This document shows positions 25,795-39,680 of a DNA stretch of 64,000 nt, piece by piece; position 1 is the stretch's first letter, and each line of letters starts with the position of its first letter. Below the pieces are notes generated by a model that had not been told where the DNA came from, made no database searches, and saw nothing but the letters and a program-made list of their open reading frames with translations. A program made the translations under genes and the position numbers. The DNA is from Mobula birostris (taxonomy: Eukaryota): NCBI RefSeq assembly GCF_030028105.1, contig NC_092375.1, positions 164,795,415 through 164,859,414 on the forward strand. Reading direction: 5' to 3'.

Positions 25795-26055
25795 GAATTC
25801 AAATTATTAGAGGACTTAACAACATGACATGCTCAGAGACCCAGAATGTTACATTTGAAGCAGAGTTGTCTCATACTGGAATTGATGTAGCTTGGATATT
25901 TAGGAACCAGGAGCTCCAAACAGGCCCTAAATGCAAGTTGGAAGCAAAAGGCAAAGTTTACAGATTAACTGTAATGAATGTAATGAAAGATGAAGAAGGA
26001 GAATATACATTTATGGCTGGTGAAAAAACATCAAAAGCAAATCTTACAGTTTCAG
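25795..26055 (+). CDS. TTN: Titin proximal-Ig exon (~ex33)
   Basis: atatag|IQIIRGLNNMTCSETQNVTFEAELSH...LTVS|gtatg. Confidence 0.96.
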
Positions 26056-27980
26056 GTATGAAGGTGTTATTGATACCATGTTGATTTAACCATGAGGAAA
26101 ACAATAGTTTTGTTTGTATATTAAAAGTTTATACCACTTCTTCAGAGAAATAAATTGAAAGCATTTGCAATATTGCAGATTTCCAGATTACTCTATCTGA
26201 TGGGGTTATTTGATGAAAATAGTCTGCATGCATTTTGCAGTACACATGTTTATGGCATTCCCCAATTTGATTAGTTGAAAGCTAAAATGGCTAATCACAG
26301 CTCTGGTAGACTTTGCTTAATTCTGATAAATACAATTAAGATAATAAACTAAATTACTCATGCTTAAAAAGTTTTATCAAAATATATAGCATAAAATATT
26401 AAGTGTTACATGTCACGGAAGTATACTTTAAAACAATTTATTTGCTTTCTTTCATATGTTTATTAACACTTGTTTTGATATCTTGCACTCCCAGCAGAAG
26501 CCTGGTACAGAGTTACTTTCTCTCTAAAATGAGAGCACAGCTATCTTTTCTTCTCGCAATCACTGATCACCTCAATTGCTTACACTTTCAAATTTCTGCT
26601 TATATATTTTCTTTTATAATAAGGAAGCTTTTTATATTCTATTTGCTATCCTTATGGATCATTAGTTTGACCTGTTTCTCAAAATTGATAATAAAAACAC
26701 ACTGCCAGCTTTATGGAAGACTTGACATATGGAAATTTGACTTTATATAAAGTTCTCTCATAATTTTAAAGCATTTTTCAAGACAGGAAGGTTATAGAAA
26801 TGTTAAGATCTCCAGGAATTATGGAATATGGGTAGCAGCTAGTTTATTAAAAAGACAACCAGTCATTAAAAATTGTCCATAAGTAATCGTCCTAGAGTAA
26901 TCAAATAGATAAATATTCCTGGAAACACAGTTGCTAGTTTGCAGTGGAAGGCCAATTAAGGAATATGATTTAGAAACAGAAAAGGCAAATCTCTTCTATT
27001 GACACTTGTAGAATGCTTTATCAAGCAAAGTAACATTCATTGATACTTTAAGGCCATTGAAGTAGGATGTCTTGATCCTGTGCCTTTGTAACTACACAGG
27101 GGAAGACAATAAAACAAATGTTCATATTAATCAAACCTTGTTTGAAGTTTTCCGCTTCAAACGTTTGGAAAACTTTATTTACAGACTATTTTCAAGAATG
27201 GATCCCTTACATAACTGAAGGGCTTGCCTGTAGTTGGCCCCTATCATGGCATCCTGCAGTCATGTCTATTGTCACTTTTCCATCTGAGAGGGTTGCAAAT
27301 CACTCCCACAATGAAGAAATTCAAGTGCTAGTGGAACTTAGTAAAATCCACAGATTAGCCCTCTCAATGTTTCCATTTCAGGGTTCTGTTTCCTTTCTCC
27401 TGAAATCTGTTCCCATCCTATATTCCTTTCACCACCACTAAATTTTTTCCTCAAACTCTAAGATACATTTTGAGCAAACCTGAAATACCTTTTGTATTTC
27501 TGATTTATGTATGATTAAGTTATATGTTTTTTATTCTTCTAAGTCCCTGTTTTGTTACTTCTTGGAATAGAAATAACAGGTCATAGATACTGAATAATTC
27601 TCCATTTTCTACATTTCTTCCTTTTTAGACAATCTAACTTAAACTTTTATTCAATATATAAAAATGTTGTATGGCACAATGCAATCCATATTCCCAAAAA
27701 AAAGCAAATTTGTCAACAACGAAATCACTTACTTAAGTCATATATACTTTATTTCACAATATATCTTAAAGTAAAATGCACTTCAAAGGAAATTGTTAAT
27801 TAACAACATATTTTTGGGAATCTAATTTTCAAGGCAATCTAACTTTTTCAAATTTGTTAAGATAAAATTCATTTCAACAGTATAACTGTTAATGAATTGG
27901 AATTTTTAGTATTGACAAAGACAAGTATGCTTTCACATTCAGGTTAAAAGACAACAGAAAGGAAGTGAAAATATTTTTAG

Positions 27981-28151
27981 ACAACACACAGCAAAGTTGC
28001 TGGTGAACGCAGCAGGCCAGGCAGCATCTCTAGGAACAGGTACAGTCGACATTACCTCTTCCTAGACATACTGCCTGGTCCGCTGCGTTCACCAGCAACT
28101 TTGATGTGTGTTGCTTGAATTTCCAGCATCTGCAGAATTTCTGTTGTTTGC
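27981..28151. mobile_element. Fold-back Penelope-pLTR element with the centre deleted
   Basis: Inverted arms ~27981-28042 and ~28053-28113; exact 16-bp TSD GTGAAAATATTTTTAG at 27965-27980 and 28152-28167. Confidence 0.88.
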
Positions 28152-28994
28152 GTGAAAATATTTTTAGTTTACAAAGTACTCCATTCTGCTTCTTTTTCTG
28201 GAAGTCTCTTAATAATTACGTGCTTACCCATGGATTGTTCAACTGTTATGAATGTAGATCTAGACATGGAATTAAATGTAGTTATTGAGGGATAGAAAGC
28301 TATAAGGATTTTAAAATCAACGTTGATGACTGTGAAGCTAATTCAGCAAGCGAAACCAAAAGTAATGAGGAAAAATGCACTTATTATATGACAAGATATG
28401 AGAAATATTCAGTGAACTGTAAATTTCTGGGTGATAGAGAATGAGAACACAAGGCAGAAAGAAAAGTGTTGAAAAGGCATAAAAGCCACAGATTTCAGCA
28501 TAAGTGCTGGGATTTAGATAGAGGCACATTCAATGCCAGTGGTCTTGATTTTAACTGCAATATAAAATGAAACATCAAGATGGCAAATATTGTGCTTCAG
28601 TATTAACTGGGTAATGAATTGGAATCAGTGACAGAACTGTTGAGCTGGATTTACTTTCTCAGTATTAAGTTACAAAGAGTTGAAACTCATCAAAGAATTG
28701 ACATTAGTAAGCACTCTGACAGGAGAGAATCAGAAGAGATGAGGAGAAATATTGGAGAAGTTGAGATAAACTGGTTTCCTTGATGACCAGCTTGGAGAAG
28801 AAAATAAAAAGTAGTGATATTAGTTCACTGGACGTTTTGAGAAGCCACTGCAATGGAAGATACTGAACCAAGCAAGGGGAGTTAATTTAGTTATTTATTT
28901 TCTAAGAGCATTTGAGAAAAAGTAGTATCATTGTTTATATCAAAACCAGCGGAGTAATGACAAAATATCATTTTCAGTGAGGTTGCAGTAAGAC

Positions 28995-30380
28995 ATCAGA
29001 ACAGAATTAGGCCATTCATCCCATTGAATCTGCTCCACCATTCCATCATGGCTGATTTATTATCCTTCTCAACCCCATTCTCCTGCCTTCACCCCATAAC
29101 CTTTCAGGTTAGTCAAGAACCTATCAACCTCTGCTTTAAATATACCCAGTAACTTGACCTCCACAGCCGTCTGTGGTAATGAATTTCACAGATTCACTAC
29201 CTGCTGGCTAAAGAAATTCCTCCTAACCTTAGTTCTAAATGGACAACTCTCTATTCTGAGGCTGTGCTCCTGGCCGTAGGCTTCCCCACTATAGAAAACA
29301 TCCTCTCCACATCCACTCTATCTAAGCCTTTCCATATTCTATAGTTTTCAATGAAATCTCCCCTCATTCTTCTAAACTCTAGTGACTACAGGCTGAAACC
29401 AATCAAATGCTCCTCATATGTTAACCCTTTCATTCTCAGAATCATTCTTGTGAACTTTCTCTGACCCTCTCCAATGCCAGCACATCCTTTATTAGGTAAG
29501 GGGTCCAAAACTGCTCATAATACTCCCAAGTGCGGTCTGGTGAATGCCTCATAAAGCTGCAGCCATACATCCCTGATTTTATATTCTAGTCCTCTTGAAA
29601 TGGATGCTAACATTTTATTTGCCTTCTTACCACCATTTCAACCTACAAGTTAACCTTTAAGGAATCTTGCATGAGAACTCCCAAGTCCCTTTGCACTCTG
29701 ACTTTTGAATTTTCTCCCATTTAGAAAATAGTCTATGCCTTTATTCCTTCTACCAAAATGCATGCACACACTTCCATACACTGCATTCCATCTGCCACTT
29801 CTTTGCCCATTCTCCCAATCTGTCTAAGTCCTTCTGCAGACTAGCTGCTACCTCAACACTACCTGCCCCTTGTATCGGCCACATACTTGGTCACAAATTC
29901 ATCAATGTGATCATCCAAATCAATGACATAACATGAAAAGAGCAGTCCCAATACCGACCCCTGGGGAGCACCACTAGTCACCAGCAGCCAACCAGAATAG
30001 CCCTTTTATTCCCACTCTTTGTCTCCTGCCAGACAGTCAATCTTTTATCCATCCTAGTATCTTTCCTGTAATACCATGGACTCTTATTTTGTTAAGCAGC
30101 CTCATGTGCAGCACCTTGTCAAAGGCCTTCTAAAAATCCAAGTAAACAACTTCCACTGACTCTCCTTTGTCTTTCCTGCCTGTTATTTCCTCAAAGAATT
30201 CCAAAAAATTTGTCAGGCAAGATTTTCCCTTAAGGAAACCAAGCTGACTTTGGCCTATTTTATCATGTGCCTTCAAGTACCCAAAACATCATCCTTAATA
30301 ATGGACTCTAACATCTTCCTGACTACTGAAGTCAGGCTAATTGGCCCATAATTTCCTTTCTTCTGCTACCCCCTCTTAAA
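28995..30380 (-). mobile_element. CR1 LINE RT/3' fragment (degraded)
   Basis: Reverse complement encodes PQGSVLG-like and RPHLEY-like remnants; CR1 3' terminus near 28995. Confidence 0.8.
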
Positions 30381-30527
30381 GAGTGGAGTGAAATCATTTC
30401 TATCTGAATTTCTTTTTGTTAACTGTCATTGCAACAAGTATAATTGTGTATGAATAATGGTTAAATTTTGGGAAATTTTGTTTGGCTTTCTTTGTTTAAT
30501 TTTTTCCATAATTTTGAACATCTATAG

Positions 30528-30788
30528 GTGGTGCCATCAGCAGACCACTTAAGGACCTCACAGTTGCTGAATCGCAGCAAGCTATTTTTGAGTGTGCAGT
30601 TGCTAATGAACTCTCTGAAGGCACATGGTTAAAAGGTGGAAAACCAATACGCTTCAGTGATATCATCCGAAGTGAAGTAGATGGAGTCACTCGACGTCTC
30701 ATTTTTGAAGTCACTAAATCAGAAGATGCAGCTGAATACTCATATCAAGTTGCAAGTTCTAAGACTGCTGCAAAACTTAAAGTCGAAG
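30528..30788 (+). CDS. TTN: Titin proximal-Ig exon (~ex34)
   Basis: ctatag|GAISRPLKDLTVAESQQAIFECAVAN...KTAAKLKVE|gtcagg. Not in the ORF track. Confidence 0.95.
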
Positions 30789-31869
30789 GTCAGGATTCTA
30801 CCCCAATCATTTACATTTTAATTATATCTAATAATCATAAAAAGTAATGTAATTGGCATATAACATAATGGTTAATAGAAAATAAAGTTTGCCATTAGGA
30901 GAACTCACTAATTGAAAATTAGTGGTGAATTAGAGTTAAAAATTTAATCATATTATCTAATTTATATCACAAAATACATCAGCTAATGTAAAATTTAGCT
31001 ATGAAGTGTGTAGTTTTGGAGTACTGCAGATGTTAAATTGCTACAAATGGTAATTAATGCAGGTGCATACATTTGAGACCTTAGCCATACTGGAGAATGT
31101 ATCACTGAGGTTGTTGGCCCTCATAACTAATGCTCACAAGAAGAATGCAGCATATTTAACTCATGATCTCAGTCAGCACACAACAGTCATTTGGCTCTGT
31201 CTGCCATTTTAGAGAATGTGCTGGCTAATTAAATGTTGTACATTTGAGCAAGCATTCTGTAACATGAAATTGATCATGTTTAAAATAATTATCACTTTTA
31301 AATTAGTTACTATTTGATTTACCCTTGTTTTTTGTTGCCTTCAGAATTCTTTAAAGTTCTAAGAACTCTCTTTCTTAACAAGATATTATGTGGTAGGTGG
31401 TAGGTGTTACAAGCCTTTGTGTCAGTCAGATGTTCTGTAGAAATCACTTGCTCCCAGATGTAGATTGTTAGGCAGGATGTCCCTTTGAGATGATTGAGTA
31501 TATAAGGAAGATCCATAAAGCAGGATGGGTTGCTAGGAGAAAGCAAAGAAGTACATTTAAAGGAAGTCTTTATTCCTCATTAATGTTAATTTTGGAGTAT
31601 TGCCCTCTGAATATCTTTCATTTGAGTTCTTTCGGGTTTCTTGTTTTGTGACTGTACACAGACGAATCTCAAGGTTGTATAGTTGGTATATACCTTGATA
31701 ATAAATGTACTTTGAACTTTGAATATTCTGGGCTAATACTGGGCTGTTTGGTGCATCTAAGCTTTAGTGAAGATGCCCTCTCCAAAATCAGTAGTTTTCC
31801 CCCCTCCCCATAACTACAGTTACAATGGCTCCCAAGGTAACTTTGGCCATGAAATGTTAAAGCCATTAT

Positions 31870-32040
31870 CAGATTGCTGGTGGAACTCAGTGGGTCAAGC
31901 AGCATCTGTGAAGACAAGGGATAGCTGAAGTTTTGGTTTGAGACAATGTATCAATCTTGATGGAGGATCTCGATTTGAAACATTTACTATCCCTTTTCCT
32001 CCACAGATGCTGGTAAACCTTCTGAGTTCCTCCAGCAATT
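31870..32040. mobile_element. Old fold-back pLTR element (degenerate)
   Basis: Arms ttgctggtggaactcag...cagcatctgtg / cacagatgctgg...ctgagttcctccagcaa with an eroded hammerhead-like centre. Confidence 0.6.
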
Positions 32041-32322
32041 ACATCATCTCCAAATGTTTATGTCTCCATGAAATTTAAGATATAGGTTTCTTGCATGCTG
32101 AAATTAGAGATGCTTGTGTAATGGAAGCCATTGATGTTCATTCAGTTTGCTGTGTCAGAGAGCATCTAACATCCAAATAAAAAGTTATGTTGTGATCTGA
32201 AAGAGTAATCAGTCAAATTGGGCAATCAGTTACCCAATAGCTAAAAACCAAATTAAACTGCAGTAAGAAAAAACACAGAAAATATTCAGTTAACATTAGT
32301 GGAAGGAGAAATAGAGTTAATT

Positions 32323-33090
32323 TAGAACATAAGAAATAGCAGCAGGAGTAGGCCATCCGGCCCATCGAGCCTGCCTCGCCATTCAATATGATCATGGCTG
32401 ATCTGTCCGTAAACTCAGCTCCATCTACCTGCCTTTTCTCCATAACCCTTAATTCCCTTACTATGTAAAAACCTATCTAACTGTTTCTTAAATATATTTA
32501 GTGAAGAAGCCTCAACTGCTTCCCTGGGCAGAGAATTCCTCAGATTCACCAGTCTCTGGGAAAAACAGTTTCTCCTCATCTCCGACCTAAATCTTCTCCC
32601 CTGAATCTTGAGGCAATGTGCCCTAGATTTAGTCTCACCTACCAATGGAAACAACTTTCCTACTTCTATCTTATCTATCCCTTTCAAAAGTTTGTATGTT
32701 TCTATAAGATCCCCTCTCATTCTTCTGAACTCCAGAGAGTATAGTCCCAGGCGACTCAATCTCTCCTCATAGGTTAACCCTTTCATCCCTGGAATCAACC
32801 TGATGAACCTCCTCTGCACTGCCTCCAAAGCCAGTGTATCCTTCCTCAAGTATGGAGACCAGAACTGGAGACAGTACTCCAAGTGTGGCCTCACCAGTAC
32901 CCTGCACAGTTGCTCTTGAATTCCCTGCTCTTGAATTCAATCCCTCTAGCAGTGAAGGCCAACATTCCGTTTGCCTTCTTAATAACTGTTGTACCTGCAA
33001 GCCAACTTTTTGCGATTCATGAACAAGCGCTCCCAGGTCCCTCTGCACAACATCATGCTGCAATCTTTCTCCATTTAAATAATAATCTGA
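32323..33090 (-). mobile_element. CR1 LINE 3' fragment
   Basis: ORF 32415-32894 RPHLEYCLQFWSPYLRKD...RGDLIETYK...WNSLP-like. Confidence 0.9.
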
Positions 33091-33903
33091 TAAACTATCA
33101 GGTGGCAGGCCTTTCGTCAGAACAGGGAAAAATAGAAAATTAGTTTTAAGTTGCAGGGAGGGATGCTTAGGATATATAGAATATCTATGATAAGGTGATG
33201 CAAAAGTTACCACAAGAATAAATTGTAGAAGCATCCTGTTCAAATGTATTAATGGGGAAGATGGAGGATGATATTATTAACAAAGAATCATGATGTTTTG
33301 CAAACAGCATGGCTGTGATCCAGCAGGACAGGCTGTGCTAATGGATAATACTAAATGTGTGTTATTGATAAATCTAACATCAATTATCAGAGATGACTTC
33401 TAGCAGAAATAGTTCTGAAACAGATAAAGAACATGAGCTACCTGAAGGTGGAGAATTTGATACCAAGTCTTGTAGGTTGCAATGTGCCCTGTCAGAAGGT
33501 GAGGTGCTCTTCCTCAAGCTTGCATCTTGCCTTGTTATAACAGTACAGGAGGCCACTGACTGTTTTTTGTTGCCAGATTGCTTTTAGTTGCCAAATTAAT
33601 GTAGCAGGCAACAGGATGCTCATGGTTGCCTCTGTAGATTGAATGAAAAGGCTCTGCAAAGCTGTCAGCCAATCTGCATTTGGCTCTTCCAATGCAGAGT
33701 TGACCACATTACCAACACAGAATGCAGTACACTAGTATGGAAGAAATGTAAGTGAATTGCTGCCCTGGATGGTGGGGAGGGTACAAGTGAAATAACAGAT
33801 TTTGCATCTCCTATATGGTTACAAAGAAAAGTAAGACAGTGCCTCGTGGGGATGGATGAGCAGAAAAGTAAGTTGCCAAACAAATGAGAGGAAGATATAC
33901 AGT

Positions 33904-34113
33904 GTCACAAGCAGAAGAAAATCTGCAGATGCTGGAAATCCAAAACACTGGAGAAATTCAGCAGGCCAGGCAGCATCTTTGGAAAAGTTCAAACTGTCAT
34001 TGTTTCAGGCCCTTCACTGATGCAGGGTCTTGACCCGAAACGTTGACTGTTTACTGCTTTCCATAGATCTTGCTTGGACTCCTGAGTTCCTTCAGCATTT
34101 TGTGTGTATTGCT
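33904..34113. mobile_element. Fold-back pLTR element with a mutated hammerhead
   Basis: Inverted arms; CTGATGC-A-GGGT(CTTG)ACCC-GAAA-CGTT-GACTG at 34017-34049; TSD GAAGATAT(A/G)CAGT at 33891-33903 and 34114-34126. Confidence 0.78.
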
Positions 34114-34379
34114 GAAGATATGCAGTATATGGTTCTGGAATCATGTTGGAACAGTCAAAAATGATAAAGAATGATTGATAGAATGTGGAGGCTGGAGAGG
34201 TGGAAGGTAAGGATTAGAGGACCTTTGTTTTGCTCTGTTCAGGAGGATAGGTATAAGGAAAGGTGTGAGCTACAGTTGAGGTGTGGTTAAGCATTCTCTT
34301 TTCAATGGCTGAGGGCTGAGGGGAAGCGATGCTTCAAGTAGAAGGTAGACAATTCAGAAGCACCAGTGTGGAACACCAG

Positions 34380-34630
34380 TTGTTTTACTTCTTCACTTCC
34401 CATCACCCAGGAACCCAAACAGTCTTACCAAGTGAAGTACCAATTCACTTCCTCTTCTTCCAGTGTAGTTTACTATATTCAGTTTTCATTATGTAATCTC
34501 GTTTACATTGGAGAATCAAAGTGCAGATTGGTTGACTGCTTTGTGGACCATCTGTGTTCACCCTCTAGGAGCAACCCTGAGCTTCCAGTTGCCTGCTACT
34601 TTAATTCTTCATGCCATTCCATGCTCACTT
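34380..34630 (+). mobile_element. Penelope-like element, GIY-YIG endonuclease remnant
   Basis: VVYYIQFSLCNLVYIGESKCRLVDCFVDHL...LPVACYFN. Confidence 0.7.
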
Positions 34631-34660
34631 TTTTATTTATTTATTGATTAATTGATTGAG

Positions 34661-36135
34661 ATAGAACATAGAATAGTACAGCACAGTACAGGCCCTTTGG
34701 CCCACAATGTTGTGCTGACCCTTAAACCCTGCCTCCCATATAACCCTCCACCTTTAATTCCTCCATATACCTGTCTAGTAGTTTCTTAAATTTCACTAGT
34801 GTATCTGCATCTGACTCAGGCAGTGCATTCCACACACCAACCACTCTCTGAGTAAAAAACCTTCCACTAATATCCTCCTTGAACTTCCCACCCCTTTCCT
34901 TAAAGCCATGTCCTCTTGTATTGAGCAGTGGTGCCCTGGGGAAGAGGCGCTGGCTGTCCACTCTATCTATTCCTCTTATTATCTTGTATACCTCTATCAT
35001 GTCTCCTCTCATCCTCCTTCTCTCCAAAGAGTTAAGCCCTAGCTCCCTTAATCTCTGATCATAATCCATACTCTCTAAACCAGGCAGCATCCTGGTAAAT
35101 CTCCTCTGTACCCTTTCCAATGCTTCCACATCCTTCCTATAGTGAGGCGACCAGAACTGGACACAGTACTCCAAGTGTGGCTTAACCAGAGTTTTACATC
35201 GCGACTCTTAAACTCTATCCCTTGACTTATGAAAGCTAACACCCCATAAGCTTTCTTAACTATGCTATCTACCTGTGAGGCAACTTTCAGGGATCTGTGG
35301 ACATGTACCCCCAGATCTCTCTGCTCCTCCACACTATCAAGTATCCTGCCATTTACTTTGTACTCTGCCTTGGAATTTGTCCTTCCAAAGTGTACCACCT
35401 CACACTTCTCTGGGTTGAACTCCATCTGCCACTTCTCAGCCCATTTCTGCATCCTATCAATGTCTCTCCGCAATCTTCGACAATCCTCTACACCATCTAC
35501 AACACCACCAACCTTTGTGTCATCTGCAAACTTGCCAATCCACCCTTCTACCCCAACATCCAGGTCGTTAATAAAAATCATGAAAAGTAGAGGTCCCAGA
35601 ACTGATCCTTGTGGGACACCACTAGTCACAACCTTCCAATCTGAATGTACTCCCTCCACCACCACCTTCTGCCTTCTGCAGGCAAGCCAATTCTGAATCC
35701 ACCTGGCCAAACTCCCCTGGATCCCATGCTTTCTGACTTTCTGAATAAGCCTACCACCTGGAACCTTGTCAAATGCCTTACTAAAATCCATGTAGATCAC
35801 ATCCACTGCACTACCCTCATCTATAATGCCTGGCCACCTCCTCAAAGAACTCTATCAGGCTTGTTAGACACGATCTGCCCTTCACAAAGCCATGCTGACT
35901 GTCTCTGATCAGACCATGATTCTCTAAATACCCATAGATCCTATCTCTAAGAACCTTTTCCAACAGCTTTCCCACCACAGACGTAAAGCTCACTGGTCTA
36001 TAATTACCCGGACTATTCCTACTACCTTTTGTGAACAAGGGGACAACATCCGCCTCCCTCCAATCCTCTGGTACCACTCCCATGGACAGCAAGGACATAA
36101 AGATCCCAGCCAGAGGCTCAGCAATCTCTTCCCTA
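34661..36135 (-). mobile_element. CR1 LINE RT plus 3' end (relatively young)
   Basis: ORFs NYRPVSFTSVVGKLLE, YMDFSKAFDKVP, SGVPQGSVLGPLLF, KFADDTK. Confidence 0.94.
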
Positions 36136-36184
36136 TACAGCATGGAATAGGCTGAGCCACACCACCCAGCAATCACCGATTTAA

Positions 36185-36400
36185 CCTTAGACTAATCACG
36201 GGATGATTTACAGTGAGCAATTACCCTACCAACCACTATGAATTTTGGACTGTGGGAAGAAACTGGAGCACTCGGAGAAAACACACAAATTCCAAGGGGA
36301 TCAACTCCTTACAGAGGACCTTGGAATCAAATTCTGAGCTCTGATGCCCTGAGCTGTAATAGCATCGAGCTAACCATCACACTTCTGTGGCACCCATATC
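36185..36400 (-). mobile_element. V-SINE/HE1-like SINE
   Basis: ttggactgtgggaagaaactggagcactcggagaaaac, the conserved V-domain-like core. Confidence 0.65.
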
Positions 36401-37499
36401 TTTGTTCTGTCTCCTGTCTCTTACACTGTCATACTTAGGCCCAACATAAGCTTGAGCATAATCTTCACTTTGGGCACGTAGCAGCCTTTCATGCGCTGTA
36501 TAGAATTCTCCATCTTCAGGTAACACTTCCTCCATGTATATCAGAACTGTTTATTTCTCCTGTAAGTCATCCATTTATGTCTTTGGCTCAGTTTCTCTCT
36601 TTCAATTAGCATACTCTGTCCTGCTGGGCATGTCTCACAGTCTTGAGATCTGCAACACATTAAATATTATCCAACAACAGTCCCCATTAGCCAATTTGAC
36701 CAGAATACTTCCTCAGGCTATCCCCTCACCCTATCACAGATATTTCATTTGTCCCCTTTATCTCCCTCCACTTTCTCTACAATTTAAAACTAACTTACAC
36801 TCTTTTGCACAATTCCCTGGAAACATAATGGACCTGAAATGATAACTGATGATAACTATATTTTTCTTTCACAAATGCTTTCTAACCTCAGGGTGTTTTT
36901 AACATCTTTTGTTTCATTTAAATAGTAGCAATTGATCTTACTGAGATGGTAAAGGGTTTTGTTCTGCTGACATGTAAAAATTAGACTTCAAGCTAAGCTC
37001 TGCTGGCTTGTGAACCTGCAGAACGGGATGTGGTAATTCTGTCCAAAAAAATGTGGAACTACAGTTGAAAAATGAGGCACTATCTCATCCTACACATTGT
37101 CAGAGGTTGATGACCTTTGGCCTATTAAGGCAACCAAGGGTTCTTTGTCTTAAAATACCACTGTTGCTGGGCATGTGACTTTGGGTGTAGCTAAAAATTT
37201 CCTGCTACGTGACAAAAAGGATATGAAAAGACTCTGTATCTGTGTGCAGGGAGAGAGACCACTTGTGTGTGCCCAGGTGCTCTCTCTCCAGTAGTGAGCT
37301 ACTAATAAAAAAAGCCGTTGCTTTATCTTCTGTAGTGTTGTGTGTTCTTGCATTGGATAATGGGTAATAATTAGAAGTAAGGTTTAACATTACAAAAGAA
37401 TTTATTAACACTTCCCTCTCCTTTACAGTTACTCGTGGTCAATTAAGGGTTACTAAAGTTTTATTGTAAATAAGTATTTTCAAAATTTTCTTTATAAAG

Positions 37500-37763
37500 C
37501 CGTGAAGATAAAGAAGACCTTGAAAAATCTGACTGTCACAGAAACCCATGAAGCAGTCTTTACTTTGGAACTTACACATGCTAATATTACTGGAGCCCAA
37601 TGGATTAAAAATGGGGAGGAAATCAAACCAAGTGACAAGTATGAGATTACTGTAGATGGGACTCTGCATACACTTAAAATCAAGAAGTGCGTTGTTTCAG
37701 ATGAATCTGTGTACAACTTCAAACTTGGCAGAGTGTCAGCAAATGCCAGACTTCATGTAGAAG
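37500..37763 (+). CDS. TTN: Titin proximal-Ig exon (~ex35)
   Basis: ataaag|VKIKKTLKNLTVTETHEAVFTLELTH...ARLHVE|gtgaat. Confidence 0.95.
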
Positions 37764-38139
37764 GTGAATAATGAAATGTTATTTTCTTTCATGGTTTACT
37801 CATTCTTTTGAATCAAGCAATTATTAAATGTTATAATTACAACAATATGCCTAAAGATGTTAGTGAATTCTCATATCATGTACCGTAAATATGTTTTGGG
37901 AGTCTTGCACGATAATATAGATTTGCCAGGCATACTAAAGTCTTGGCTTGTTAATTAAAATGTACATACACAACCTATTGACGTAGCTTTGAGTATCAGC
38001 TCAACCATTTTTATATCATGGTACTTTCTCTTAACTTGGGGTAACTCTCGCAGTGATTTCATCAGTCGCGTTCCTCTATTTACCTCCTGTGACATATTCT
38101 CTCACATGTTCATTGAAACGCCACGAATGATCCTTTCAC

Positions 38140-38335
38140 CCAGGTACACTAGAGGCAATTTACAGTAGCCAACTAACCTAACAACTGGCATGACTTTAGG
38201 ATGTGAGAGACAATGGCATTATCTAGGAAAAGTCCAAGTGATCTACAAACTTCATATAGGCATTACCAGAGGTCAGGATCAAACCTAGTTCTTTGAGGCT
38301 GTGTGGAGGTGCATCATCTAGTGTGCTGAGGTGCT
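38140..38335 (-). mobile_element. Degraded V-SINE-like element
   Basis: gcaatttacagtagccaactaacctaac...ggatgtgagag...caggatcaaacc. Confidence 0.5.
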
Positions 38336-38511
38336 TCTCTAATGTGAATATTTAATTAAAATTGAAGATAATAGAATTATTTCTATTTACATTGCATATC
38401 TTAAGTTATTAAAATATACGTGATTTTTGTTCATGTCAGTGTTTTGGTTGAATCTAAAACATTTATCTGAATGGGTAGACATTAAATAACACTCTGGTTT
38501 TGTTTTATTAG

Positions 38512-38772
38512 TTGTCAAGATCATTAAGAAACCTAAAGATATTACCGCCATGGAAAATTCTACTGCTACTTTTGAATTGAGTGTGTCACATGACAATATG
38601 CCAGTAAAATGGATGTTCAACAATGTCGAACTCAAGCCAAGTAACAAATGTAAGGTAGTTTCAGAGAGAAAAGTTCACAAACTAATATTGGAGAATATCA
38701 CCCCAGCGCAAGTTGGCGAGTACTCAGCCATTATTGGGCAACTGGAATGTAAAGCTAAACTTTATGTTGAAT
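38512..38772 (+). CDS. TTN: Titin proximal-Ig exon (~ex36)
   Basis: tattag|VKIIKKPKDITAMENSTATFELSVSHD...CKAKLYVE|gtgagt. Confidence 0.96.
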
Positions 38773-38896
38773 GTGAGTGTGCAAATATATTTTGTTAGAT
38801 CACCAAAGAACAAATTGAATACAACATTTTAAAATCCATAATTTCAAAAGATTCACTTATTTTTGTATGCTAATTTTCTTTTAAATTTATTTCAAG

Positions 38897-39157
38897 CTGT
38901 ACATATCACCAAGACTATGAAGAGCATTGAGATCCCAGAGACAAAAACTGCAACTTTTCAGTGTGAGGTGTCTCATTTCAATGTCCCAGCTACATGGTTG
39001 AAAAATGGTGTAGAAATAGAAATGAGTGACAAGTTCAAAATAGTCGTGCAAGGCAAACTCCATCAGCTAATTATAATGAACACAAGCCATGAGGACTCTG
39101 CAGAGTATACCTTTATCTGTGGAAATGACAAAATATCTGCTACTCTGACAGTCAAAC
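38897..39157 (+). CDS. TTN: Titin proximal-Ig exon (~ex37)
   Basis: ttcaag|VHITKTMKSIEIPETKTATFQCEVSHFNVP...TLTVK|gtaag. Confidence 0.96.
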
Positions 39158-39315
39158 GTAAGATTTCCTCATTGAAGTCTGTGTATCCATTGTTCAGAGT
39201 TAATCTTGAATTATTGCATTTGTAAACTTTTAGATGTGTTCTAACTATTAAAATTGGTAATGATAATTAAAATGCCAAGTTAATTGCTATCTAACTCATG
39301 GTTTTCTTTTTTTAG

Positions 39316-39576
39316 CTATTTTAATTACATCTATGTTGAAAGATATGAATGCACAAGAGAAAGATACAATTACTTTTGAAGTAACGGTGAATTTTGAAGG
39401 TATTACTTATAAGTGGCTCAAGAATGGTAAAGAGATCAAATCAGCTGAGAGAACACAACTAAAGACCAAACAATCAACACACACACTTTCAATTCGAAAT
39501 GTTCATTTTGGTGATGCAGCTGAATACAGTTTTGTTGCTGGATCAGCATCATCTGCAGCGAATTTATATGTGACTG
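39316..39576 (+). CDS. TTN: Titin proximal-Ig exon (~ex38)
   Basis: ttttag|ILITSMLKDMNAQEKDTITFEVTVN...RNVHFGDAAEY...LYVT|gtaata. Confidence 0.96.
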
Positions 39577-39680
39577 GTAATAACTGATGTCATTTGTTTA
39601 TGATTCTGTTTTGATACTATATAAATTTGAAGCTGTTTAACCAACACCACACTGTATTAATTAGCATGTTTTCTCTGTAG

